Assembly (NCBI GenBank): GCA_963720565.1
Contig: CAVRFW010000005.1
Coordinates: forward strand, 160,001 to 224,000
Reading direction: 5' to 3'
From: Candidatus Bathyarchaeota archaeon
Lineage (GTDB): Archaea > Thermoproteota > Bathyarchaeia > Bathyarchaeales > Bathycorpusculaceae
Length of the DNA stretch: 64,000 nt
Shown here piece by piece: positions 20,874 through 30,018 of the stretch (position 1 is the first letter of the stretch; each line of letters begins with the position of its first letter). The notes beneath the pieces were generated by a model. The model made no database searches, was not told where the DNA came from, and saw only the letters and a list, made by a program, of their open reading frames with translations. The translations under genes were made by a program, and so were the position numbers.

Positions 20874-21798
20874 CTACTGTACGATTTTTTCCCAGCCCTT
20901 GACGAAGTCAAGGTATTCTTGTACTGGTTTGCCGCCGTAGCTTCTTAGACGTTCGCGAAGTTCGACTTGGGCGAGTGCTGCTTTCTGGAAGTCGGTGATT
21001 TGGCTGGCTTTCTCAGTCAGGTAGAGGAGGTTGTCTACGCCTGCGCGTGCCATGCGGACTGATACCGTGAGCAGTTCGCTTGGTGTGGGGACTTCTCGCG
21101 GGTCGTCGCCTGGACCGAACACGTAGAGTGAGATGTTTAGCGGTACTTCTTTGAAGAGTTTTTTGAATGCGCGGGTGAGCATTTCCCAGTACCATGGGGT
21201 GGCGTAGTTTTTGCTGAACATGACTACGAGGAATTCGTCGGTTAGTGGGGCTAGGTCGTCGAAGTTTATGCCGAAGCGTTCGTAGCTGCGTGACTGGGTC
21301 TGGAAGGACGCCGATGACGAATTTCTTCTTTGCGCGGTCGCGTACTCGTTCGCTTACTTGTGCCATGTAGTCGGTGACTTCTTTTCTTCTCCATTCGAGC
21401 CAGCTTAAGCCGCTTTTCTTCCATAGGTCGTTGCAGCGTGGGCATGTGCAGTGTCCGTGTTCTGCGAAGTGGATGCTGTTTAGCCATACTCCTGGGCTGT
21501 GGCGTGCGACTTCTTCGATGTAGTCTAGTTGTTCTGCTCGGTGTTCTGGTTGGGTTGGCAGAGGATGTCCCAGCGGACGTTAAAGTTGTTGTTGGTTCTC
21601 CATGCTGGACCAAGGGGTGATTGGCGAGATCCAGTCGGGGTGGTTGCGTGCGGTGACGTTGTCGCCGAAGATGGCGATGTTGCTGTACATGTCTGGCTGA
21701 GGTGGCATTCGTCTGCCTACTTCAGGTTTAACTCGGAATAATTGAAAGTCAAAACCTGTCGTTTTCTCTGGTAGGAAAGTGTATGTGCCGAATTTCAT
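20874..21798 (-). pseudogene. Glycoside-hydrolase-like TIM-barrel protein broken by about three frameshifts
   Basis: Joining frames gives ...HPDWISQSPLG...WDILCPTQPEHRAEQLDYIEEV...GHCTCPRC...WLEWRRKEVTDY...YERFGINFDDL...MFSKNY. Confidence 0.6.
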
Positions 21799-22040
21799 CT
21801 TTTTGCACCTTTTACCATGCAAAACGTTAGCGCGGTTATAAAGTTTTGTATAAAATACGTCGTCATCGCTTTTCTCAATAGATTTCCTTGGCCGAGTAAG
21901 GTTTGACAGCTATGGATCTATCTCTGGTAATGGCACGGCAACTTCGTTGAATTGACTACAGGTTCGATACTAGTTGCCAAGTCTCCAACTGGCACATTAG
22001 GGAATCTAGTTTGCTGGCCTTTTTCATGGTTGCCGGAAAA

Positions 22041-22101
22041 TGGTGCGGGGGGTAGGGACTTGCACCCTATGCTGATTGGCGACGTCTCCCGGGATCCCCT
22101 C
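22041..22101 (-). other. Degenerate tRNA-like element (T-arm + acceptor 3' strand + ACCA), tRNA-Leu-like
   Basis: Minus strand reads GAGGGGAT...TAGGG-TGCAAGT-CCCTA-CCCCCCGC-ACCA. Confidence 0.6.
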
Positions 22102-22111
22102 TTTTTCCCAA

Positions 22112-25100
22112 TTATTCTTCTGTCAGAGGTATCTCGTCTTTCAGATGTTTTTGACCGGTCATTCTCTTTATCCTGAGGAAACTCGCTGTGCCTTTGGGAG
22201 TTTCTTTTTCGTAGATGTCTATTTCGCCGTCGAACAAGCCAAGGACAGCTTCGAATTCTTCCGACGGATGCATCCTTGGATTAACGGTTGCCAGCACCGT
22301 GAAGCCCTTAGACTTTAATGTTGGCAGAAGCGCGCTTAGCCAGCGTCTTGTGGTAACGGCGTGGTGCTGCAACAACGCGTCTGAGACTATGTCGATGCAG
22401 GCTCTCTTCGGACCTGTCGCTGAAGGCTCGAGCGTGCGGAAAGCCTTGGTTACTGCGATGTCTATGTCTGTGAGGTTTTCTACGCCCTTGAGTTTGAAAA
22501 CGTTCGGTGCGTTTCGGATAATGGTGTCAGCTTGGGGGCTGCATAGGAACAAGTAGAAACCTTCATATTTTGAAGATAGCATTTTTGTGTTTTCAGCTTC
22601 TGCCGTTATGTTAAAGGTTGTTTCACCCGCTTCTGCTCCTGTCTCGAGGAAGCGTTTAATTAGCAGTGATCTTTCGTCGCTGGAAGGTGCAGCCAGAACG
22701 ACGGCGTAGTTTTCCGGTAAGCCTCCTAGGAGGATGTGGTCGAGGTCTGGGGTTCCGCTAGATATTTTGGCCGCTGCTCTTTCTTTTGTTACAGGCGGAT
22801 TTGCTGTTATGGTGACTGGTGGGAGGTTGAAGGTTTTGGTTTCGCCCAGGTCATCCACGTAGACAGCTTGCGGGTTCAGAGTGTAAGTTCCAGCTTTCAG
22901 GCATCTCAAGGTGAGTTTTACTGTGTTGACTTGGAAAGCGCCGACTTCCCTGTTTTCCATCTTAATGGTGTCGCCCTGTATGATGCACCAAGGTGACGAC
23001 GAGGTAACTTTGAGGTCGTCGAGAAGCGCGTTCTTGATTTCAACTAGCTGTGCTGGTTTTCTTCCGACGTTTACGCAATCGACGCGCATTTCAAACTCTT
23101 CGCCTACCCCAACTTGTTTGAGCGCCATCACGTTTGCTTGCACGTTAGCGTGTTCAAACCTTGCTTCTATTTCTCGGCGGATTCTCTGCGCCTCTGCAAG
23201 ATGAACCTTAGCCTCCTCAAAACGTTCCTGCTTCTCAAGAGCCCAAGCATAGTCCATTCTAGGACGGAATTCCCATCTAGGACGAGCAACAATAATTGTT
23301 TTTAGAGATTCTAGGAATTTCTCGAATGTCTGATTCGATTCGTTACACCGACCTTCGGCGGCCAATCGGATACCTCTAGTCAATGCCACGTCGGGCACAA
23401 CTAGAAAATGCGACCGAAACTCTTGTGGCAACGTGCCCGTCTTCTCATAATACTCATTTGCTTGCCTCAAATCACCTAGTTTACTGAATATACGGATGAG
23501 GCTTGCATAAGAATTCAAGCGACCCGACATTGCGTCTGTTTTCTTGCCGTACTCTATCGATTTCAAGCCGTAAGACAACGCTTCAACGAGTTTTCCATCG
23601 CGTTCATCGAGATTTGCCAAGGCGTTGCATGCTAGGGACAATTCAGCAAACATGCCGAGTTTTTCTCCATTCCTAAGGACGCTGGTATACGCGTGTCTGG
23701 CTTCGGAATAAAGAAAACAAGTCGCAAACCCAACCCCAGTCCAGTACATGGCTTCTACTTCTCTGCGGGCATCCCCTAGTTCCTTAAAAATGGAGACTGA
23801 TCGCAGAAGTTTGCCTATTCCCTTCTCCTCCAAACCCTCTAGTATCGCGCATAATACGCCACTTCTCCACAAAGCAGTAGCCACATCCGCAAGAGAGTAT
23901 TCCTCCTCAAACACCTGCAGGGCCGCGTCGGAATCAGCCAGGTCCATTTTCGAATTTCCGCTCGGCGCCCAGCCAAACGCTCTTCCTCTATTGACAAGAA
24001 TCCGTGCCATCTCCAGCCGGTCATCTACGCCCAATTCTTCTGCTTTCTTAGCGTATTCCATCAGGAGGTCGGACGCGCCCCAAATGAAGTAAGCCGCATC
24101 CATGGCTTTTCTTATAGCGCGCAATTGCAGGCGACTCGTCTCCAGGGTTGCGAGTTTGTCAAAAGTTTTTACAGCTTCCCTGTACATGCTGTTGGCGGCG
24201 TAGGCGTCTCCCAGTCCCTCCAGCGCCGTTCTTTTCTGTTTATTTTGCCCCTCGGGCAGGTTCTGGAGAGCATACGTGAAATGATCGATGGCTTGAGCGT
24301 TGCTCCACTTCGCGAGTGCGTCTTGTCCTGCAGCTATAGCGTATTTTACTGCTTTTTCTTTGTTGTCTGCCTGTGCGTAGTGGTAGGCCAGTTCGCTTAG
24401 CGGCGATTTCCTATCCTTGGTGGCGCTTTCCAGTTTCTCTGCAACCTTGCTGTGATATGCTCTCTTCAGTGTGGGAGAGACTTCGTCGTATATGGCGTCG
24501 CGTGACCTTGCATGATCAAACCGATACTGTTCGCCTTCGGAGCAAACCAGAGATGTGGCTCGCGCAATCATGTCCAAGGCATCAGCAACTTCAAGATAAT
24601 CCTGACCTAGAATCGAAGCAAGAAGTTCTGTGTCAAACTTCTCTCCGATGACAGAAGCAGCCTCAAGTATCCTCCTCTGGTTGTGAGGCAGCACACTCAG
24701 CCTTTGCAGAATGATGTCTTTTACCTTCTCTGGTAACGCTAGTTCGTCGCTTGCCAGACGCCACTTTTCTTGTTCCATGGTCAAGCCGTTGCATTCTTGA
24801 AGCATTCTCACTGACTCGACAATGAAAAGCGCGTTTCCTTGGCTTTCCTCGGATAGTTTCGCAGCGAAATCTTCCTGGATATCGCCGCCCAGCATGCTTC
24901 CCGCAAGTTCAGAAATACTAGTTGGACTAAGGCCTGCCACCTTGATCTCTTTGTACAGGTCTTCTCGCCTCATCAACCGCATGGTCTCAACAAGCGGGTG
25001 AAATCTCCCCTCAGAGTCAGGCGTTAACTGTTCACTCCTGAATGTTGCCAAGAGAAGGACTCTTTCTGAGCTGATTGCGCGTGCAATGTAATGAATGAGC

Positions 25101-25639
25101 GCCAGCGAGGCGGAATCGGCCCAGTGCAAGTCGTCTATGAAAAGGATTACGGGTTTTCTCGAAGAGATGGCTAAGAGCGTTCTTGTGACTGCAGCAAAGG
25201 TTTGGTCCTTCCACAACTGCGGCGAAATCGCCTGCGCCTTCCCAACCCTCTCGGCTTGATTGGGCCCCGTCGACCAAGTTGTCACTTCCAGTTCTTCTCG
25301 CTTAATCGCTTCATCTTCCCCTGTGAAGTAGGCGTTGAAGGCTTCGAAGAATGGGAAATAGGGGATCGCGGCGTTGCTGAGGCACCAGCCAGTTAACACG
25401 GTGACTCGTTGTTTTCTTGCTCTTTTCAGGAACTCTGTCACGAGTCTTGTTTTTCCGCTTCCTGCCTCGCCGGAGATGAAAAATGTTGTTCCTTTTCCTT
25501 CGATAACAGAATCCAAGCATTGTACGAGCTCTCCAAGTTCGCGTTCTCTTCCAACGAAAGCAGGTTCAGCGTGTATTGCAGTGCCCAATTTCGACTCACC
25601 GTTTGGACTGCGTCCAGCCAGAATATTTGGCTTCTTCAC
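22112..25639 (-). CDS. Multidomain AAA/STAND-like ATPase with TPR-like repeats, beta-rich domain and C-terminal degenerate KaiC/RecA-like domain
   Basis: FVGRERE, GEAGSGKT, FIDDLHWAD, GNALF, LAYHY; C-terminal ISSGTPDLDHILLGGLP...FDGEIDI. Confidence 0.85.
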   Translation of the reverse strand: MKKPNILAGRSPNGESKLGTAIHAEPAFVGRERELGELVQCLDSVIEGKGTTFFISGEAGSGKTRLVTEFLKRARKQRVTVLTGWCLSNAAIPYFPFFEAFNAYFTGEDEAIKREELEVTTWSTGPNQAERVGKAQAISPQLWKDQTFAAVTRTLLAISSRKPVILFIDDLHWADSASLALIHYIARAISSERVLLLATFRSEQLTPDSEGRFHPLVETMRLMRREDLYKEIKVAGLSPTSISELAGSMLGGDIQEDFAAKLSEESQGNALFIVESVRMLQECNGLTMEQEKWRLASDELALPEKVKDIILQRLSVLPHNQRRILEAASVIGEKFDTELLASILGQDYLEVADALDMIARATSLVCSEGEQYRFDHARSRDAIYDEVSPTLKRAYHSKVAEKLESATKDRKSPLSELAYHYAQADNKEKAVKYAIAAGQDALAKWSNAQAIDHFTYALQNLPEGQNKQKRTALEGLGDAYAANSMYREAVKTFDKLATLETSRLQLRAIRKAMDAAYFIWGASDLLMEYAKKAEELGVDDRLEMARILVNRGRAFGWAPSGNSKMDLADSDAALQVFEEEYSLADVATALWRSGVLCAILEGLEEKGIGKLLRSVSIFKELGDARREVEAMYWTGVGFATCFLYSEARHAYTSVLRNGEKLGMFAELSLACNALANLDERDGKLVEALSYGLKSIEYGKKTDAMSGRLNSYASLIRIFSKLGDLRQANEYYEKTGTLPQEFRSHFLVVPDVALTRGIRLAAEGRCNESNQTFEKFLESLKTIIVARPRWEFRPRMDYAWALEKQERFEEAKVHLAEAQRIRREIEARFEHANVQANVMALKQVGVGEEFEMRVDCVNVGRKPAQLVEIKNALLDDLKVTSSSPWCIIQGDTIKMENREVGAFQVNTVKLTLRCLKAGTYTLNPQAVYVDDLGETKTFNLPPVTITANPPVTKERAAAKISSGTPDLDHILLGGLPENYAVVLAAPSSDERSLLIKRFLETGAEAGETTFNITAEAENTKMLSSKYEGFYLFLCSPQADTIIRNAPNVFKLKGVENLTDIDIAVTKAFRTLEPSATGPKRACIDIVSDALLQHHAVTTRRWLSALLPTLKSKGFTVLATVNPRMHPSEEFEAVLGLFDGEIDIYEKETPKGTASFLRIKRMTGQKHLKDEIPLTEE

Positions 25640-25714
25640 AAGATTTTACATAAGGTCTTCAAGTATTGAAAAAGTTTGTTACAATTTGCGCCCTGCAACG
25701 GTTGGGGAGCGTGC

Positions 25715-27026
25715 TTATTTGTTCCACGGTCCTTGCCATAGCGGGTACTGGTAGGTTGCTCCTGCCTCTTTCATTAGCGCTGGAGGGGACATTGGCACTT
25801 GGGTTCCATTCTGCCACTGAAAAATGGCCATCATCAAGTAATCCTCAATTGGGCTATTCGGAGCACCTGACCCCACCAATACATCATGCGAAGAAGTAAA
25901 CATAAAATGCCTAGCCATGCTGAGTCTCCACATTCGTCGTCTCCAAAGCTTTGATTACGGCTTCGGTCTCAGTCGTCCCTGCTCGCTCGATAGCGTCAGG
26001 GAGAATAATCCGCACCGTATCGTAGGCGGGAATCGCAGTGCTGCCTGCCAATTCTCCCCATCTTTGAAAATACGCTTCACGAGTGGGCAGTGTCTTGTTA
26101 GTCACTGGGTACCCTGCAACTGCAGGCGACGCAGCGGCAGAGATGGTGTCGCACTTCCCTTCAGTCAACTCCCATCCTGTAGGTCCTGCTGCTGATCCCA
26201 AGACTCCCCAAACTACGAACGGCGATTGACGGTCAAACCACTCTTTAACAAATAGAACGTCTCCCTGCGTAATTATGTATGGAACCAGAATTTCTGCTCC
26301 CGATGCTTCGATGGCGGCAAGGTAGCTTGTGAAATCAGTGGTTCCAAAGCTATACGGGGTATTGTAAACTACTTTGAAGCCATAGTTGGAGAGAGCCTGG
26401 TTCAGATTTGATGCCACTGCCTTTCCAACTGGAAAATCGTCGAATAGGAGTGCAACTTTTGTGAAGCCGGTGTAGTTTCCAACGGTGATGATGCCGCGCA
26501 GTAGTCCGGCAGCTGATGCGGTGTCGTTTGGTGGAAAAGCTCTGAAGGAGTACTTGTATTTTTGGTAGTTGTCTGAAACTCGCTGCGTATAATTGTCGCC
26601 GCCTCCGAACATGATAAAATGGATTTTCTTGTGTTCGCAACATACATCTTGATAGGCTAGAACGTTTACGCCTCCCATGGATATTATGTAGTCTGCCTTG
26701 TCAACGGTTATCAGCTTGGTTAGGGCGTTGACGCCCACCGATATGTCTGCTCCCGATGAACTGTCGTCGTCTTCGCCAACCACCGTGAGGTTTCGTCCCA
26801 AGACGCCACCTTGAGCGTTTAGTTGTTCGGCAGCCAACACCGCTCCCCGCCAGAGGGATTTTCCAGCGGGCATGTCTAGATCTCCGCAGACGCCGATTAT
26901 GATGTTTTCCGAAGGCGGCAGTCTAGCGCTCCAAAGCATGTAAGCGGCGCCTCCGCCGATGGACGCGACAACGATCATGGCGATCAAGAATGCTGATTGA
27001 ATCTTGGTCAAGGCTCTAGAATTCAT
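25715..27026 (-). CDS. Membrane-anchored branched-chain amino acid ABC-type substrate-binding protein, frameshifted near 25920
   Basis: N-terminal TM, GAVLAAEQLNAQGGVLGR, TTDFTSYL, AIERAGT; C-terminus (QWQNGTQVP) continues in another frame. Confidence 0.85.
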
Positions 27027-27214
27027 AGACAGCCCATCCCACCATTCAACTTATGCCGGGAGAAGCAGATATTAAATTTGCTGTCGCCAGAACGAATCAC
27101 CCTGTTTGCTGCTCCGAAACAAGTGGGTTTTAGTCGGCAGCGGCAAACCTCAAGAAACCCAAAATCTTCATTTTAAGCTTATTCTCGCTAAATATGGCTG
27201 AATAGCGCTTATTT

Positions 27215-27302
27215 TGGTGCGGGAGGTGGGATTTGAACCCACGAACGCCTACGCGATAGGGTCCTAAGCCCTACTCCTTTGACCAGACTTGGAGACCCCC
27301 GC
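27215..27302 (-). tRNA. tRNA-Leu(TAG), CCA encoded
   Basis: GCGGGGG...AGGGC-TTAGGA-CCCT, long variable arm, GTGGGTTCAAATCCCAC-CTCCCGC-ACCA. Confidence 0.96.
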
Positions 27303-27423
27303 CGCACGCTGTTTAGGAGGTGAGAATACGTTGGTGTCCTTTAATATTTGTTTAACTATCCCGAGAACCAAACCGCAAGCTCTTTATTTCAAATTGCAGT
27401 TTTGTTCTCAGAGCGTTAGTGAT

Positions 27424-27500
27424 GCCTCGGTAGCCTAGCCCGGTGGGGCGTTACCTTGGTAAGGTAATGGTCGCGGGTCCAAATCCCGCTCGAGGCTCCA
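27424..27500 (+). tRNA. tRNA-Thr(GGT), CCA encoded, T-loop TCCAAAT
   Basis: GCCTCGG/TCGAGGC acceptor stem; TTACC-TTGGTAA-GGTAA anticodon arm. Confidence 0.94.
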
Positions 27501-27733
27501 CTAAAATCTCCACTAAGACGAGACGTCATCGATTCTTCATTGATACTGGTGAAGTGTTCATTTTTTTCTGCAGGCAATTGCATCTGTTCAAGAGAAAGCG
27601 TGATTGCTTCTTTCTCTTAACTGTAAGTTGAACCATTGGTTTTTTTCCTTTCTGATATATTGCGGAAAAAGAAACTTGCCTTTTATTGGGTTACGACTTC
27701 TTTTTAGATTGTGGAATAGAAGGAGCGGTTTAT

Positions 27734-27877
27734 GTGAGTCGCCTTGAGAAAAGATTAGCTACCCTGTTCGGTTTGCTTCTGAGTCCTTTGTATTTGCTTG
27801 AGGAAAGAGAGCGCAATGAAAGAATGCAGGAAAGAATTAACCGACTGGCACGAAAGACAAGCAATTTCGAAAGCTGA
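27734..27877 (+). CDS. Small hypothetical protein (47 aa)
   Basis: AGGAG upstream of GTG; MSRLEKRLATLFGLLLSPLYLLEERERNERMQERINRL; T-rich tract downstream. Confidence 0.5.
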   Translation: MSRLEKRLATLFGLLLSPLYLLEERERNERMQERINRLARKTSNFES

Positions 27878-28312
27878 AGCATTCTTCTTTTCTTATCTCC
27901 AATCTTAGTTAACCAGCCAAGAAAGACTATTCTATGAGGTTTTGTCGTTTCTCACACATCAACTGCAGCGTATTGAACGACTATGTGCAAAATCGTGTTT
28001 AATGGCGATTAATCATCCATTATCTCCAGCATCGGCTGACCGCAGCAATCCGGATTTCTCTGTTGCTGACAGTTGTGAGAGTGCTTACAATCACAAGACT
28101 CGTAGTCATCTTCGATCTTTCTACCACATGTCTTGCACTGAAACGTCGGCATTCGTGTCCACCAAGAACACACTTTGAAAGGAGACATAAATATCTTCTA
28201 ACTGTAGTCCCAAAAAACCACGTAATACGCTTCTTTTCTATGAGAAAAGGGTGCTAAAATCGATTGTATTAATTTATATATATACCATAAGCAATGAAAT
28301 AAGGAGGATATC

Positions 28313-29056
28313 ATGGCTCTCGTCAGTCTTGGCGACACTTTGTCAATCGTGGCGATAGTAATAACGGTGGTTATCGCCTGTGCAATTGTGATTTTTGCCA
28401 TGCGGAAGCATAGAGAAACCACAAAAAAGCCTAAGCAAGCTGAAAAAGAACCCGCCCTCACTGGGTTGCCATTCAAACTCTCCAAGAGTGTTCAGTCTTC
28501 CGATGCCTCAAGCGCAAAAGATGAACTCAGAATCTTGGAATTGGAGAGAGAAATTCTAAGTGACGCAATAAGACGGCTTTATGAAGCTCACGCGGAAGGC
28601 AAAATCAATGAGCAAGAGCGCGAAAGACTTGCGAGTTCCTACAAGAGTCGTATGATGACCGTGAAAGAATCCATGGCGAAGGACGAAACCGTTGTGGCTT
28701 TGCACGAACTTGAAAGCATGCAAGAAGACCTAATGAAGCTCTTCAGCGAACGCTTCGGCGACTTAAGCTCCAAAGTAGACGAGCTCCGGTCAAAAATTGA
28801 CGTCAAACCCATAAAGGAAATACCGGTAAAAATGCCCCCGCCCGAGGTTCAAATTCCCGAGCAGCTTGAAGTTGCTGAGGAGGAAGAAGAGGAAGAGACG
28901 GCGGAAGAAGGGGGAGAATCAAAACCCAAAAAGAAAAAGAAACCGCTGGCAGAAAGGACAAGCCGAAAAACCGAAGCTGAGAAGAGAATAGATGAGATAA
29001 GGAGCGAAGTAGAGAAGGTTTTAGACAAGCTGGGGCAAATGGAGATTGAAACCTGA
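28313..29056 (+). CDS. Membrane-anchored coiled-coil hypothetical protein
   Basis: AAGGAGG SD, N-terminal TM helix, coiled coil, poly-E/poly-K linker. Confidence 0.8.
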   Translation: MALVSLGDTLSIVAIVITVVIACAIVIFAMRKHRETTKKPKQAEKEPALTGLPFKLSKSVQSSDASSAKDELRILELEREILSDAIRRLYEAHAEGKINEQERERLASSYKSRMMTVKESMAKDETVVALHELESMQEDLMKLFSERFGDLSSKVDELRSKIDVKPIKEIPVKMPPPEVQIPEQLEVAEEEEEEETAEEGGESKPKKKKKPLAERTSRKTEAEKRIDEIRSEVEKVLDKLGQMEIET

Positions 29057-29759
29057 AAAGGAACTAGTTGAGAGCCAGAAGAGAAATGCGGCTTTGGAAG
29101 CGGTCAAGCACGTTAAGGACCGATTTATAGTTGGTTTGGGTAGCGGAAGCACAGCCGCCTATGCGATAGAAGCAATAGGGGAAAGAATAAGGCGCGAGAA
29201 CCTGGTCCTGATGGCGGTGCCGACTTCATATCAAGCGTTCTTGTTGGCAGCCAAATGTGGCGTTCCCTTAACAACCCTTGAGGAACACCCGATAATCGAT
29301 TTGACAATTGATGGTGCTGACCAGATAGACCCGAAGCTAAACTTGATTAAAGGCATGGGCGCTGCATTAGCGAGAGAGAAAATAGTCGCTTCAATGTCAA
29401 GAAAAAACGTAATAATCGCCGATGAAAGCAAGAAAGTCAAATTTCTTGGCGAGAATAATCATCCGGTGCCGGTTGAAGTTCTGCCTTTTGCAATCACCGC
29501 TGTAAAACAGAAAATTGAGAAAATTGGGGGAAAAGCCGTTTTGAGAGAGGGGAACGGAAAGCTCGGACCGGTGATAACGGATAACGGAAATGCCCTCATA
29601 GAAGCGTTTTTCGGGGTAATAGACAATGCTGCAGACTTGGAAAAGAAAGTTAAGATGATTCCAGGCGTGATTGAAACTGGTTTGTTCGTCGGTTTATCAG
29701 ACACTGCATACGTGGGAACTGTTTCGTCCGTAGTCAGGATTGAGAAAAAAACAGATTAA
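29046..29759 (+). CDS. rpiA: Ribose-5-phosphate isomerase A
   Basis: VGLGSGST, IDGADQ, IKGMGAALAREK, TDNGN, PGVIETGLF. Confidence 0.95.
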   Translation: MKPEKELVESQKRNAALEAVKHVKDRFIVGLGSGSTAAYAIEAIGERIRRENLVLMAVPTSYQAFLLAAKCGVPLTTLEEHPIIDLTIDGADQIDPKLNLIKGMGAALAREKIVASMSRKNVIIADESKKVKFLGENNHPVPVEVLPFAITAVKQKIEKIGGKAVLREGNGKLGPVITDNGNALIEAFFGVIDNAADLEKKVKMIPGVIETGLFVGLSDTAYVGTVSSVVRIEKKTD

Positions 29760-29822
29760 AGCTGTGTTCCAAAACTATACCGAGATTCAGCATCATTTTT
29801 GTGTCGCTTACTGATTAGTCCT

Positions 29823-29838
29823 CCGAAACGCTTTTATC
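29823..29838 (+). promoter_or_regulatory. BRE/TATA promoter of the aro leader and operon
   Basis: CCGAAACG-CTTTTATC, 37 nt upstream of the leader ATG; 13/16 identical to the ilv leader promoter. Confidence 0.65.
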
Positions 29839-29875
29839 AGCGAAATAACGTCTTTTGAGCAAGGTTCGAAGCTAC

Positions 29876-29959
29876 ATGCTAAATCGTGAAAGTCAAAAGC
29901 AGAGTCATCATCGAATGTTTTCTAGCTTCGGATACTACTTTTATTATTATTTTTGCTGA
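29876..29959 (+). CDS. Putative Phe/Tyr leader peptide (27 aa; alternative ATG at 29915 gives 14 aa)
   Basis: MLNRESQKQSHHRMFSSFGYYFYYYFC*: 5 Tyr and 4 Phe in the last 13 codons, directly upstream of the aromatic pathway operon. Confidence 0.8.
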   Translation: MLNRESQKQSHHRMFSSFGYYFYYYFC

Positions 29960-29998
29960 GCCCAGAACCAAAAAAATTTCATGTTAAGGTTTCTGGGC
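29960..29998 (+). promoter_or_regulatory. Stem-loop immediately after the aro leader stop codon
   Basis: GCCCAGAACC / GGTTTCTGGGC, 10 bp with one bulge. Confidence 0.7.
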
Positions 29999-30018
29999 GC
30001 AAGGATAGTTGATAATTA

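Noticed and set aside
22041..27302. Active integrative element or provirus at tRNA-Leu
   Set aside because: No integrase, transposase or viral genes, and the flanking repeat is degenerate
27496..27516. CTCCACTAA duplicated at the tRNA-Thr 3' end
   Set aside because: Only 9 bp, 3 nt apart; too short to call an att site
29886..29987. Alternative-frame uORF (GTG start, ...DTTFIIIF...) resembling a Thr/Ile leader for aspartate kinase
   Set aside because: It is a by-product of the same TAT repeats, has a weaker start, and runs through the hairpin. The ATG frame matches the operon products much better, though dual use is not excluded.
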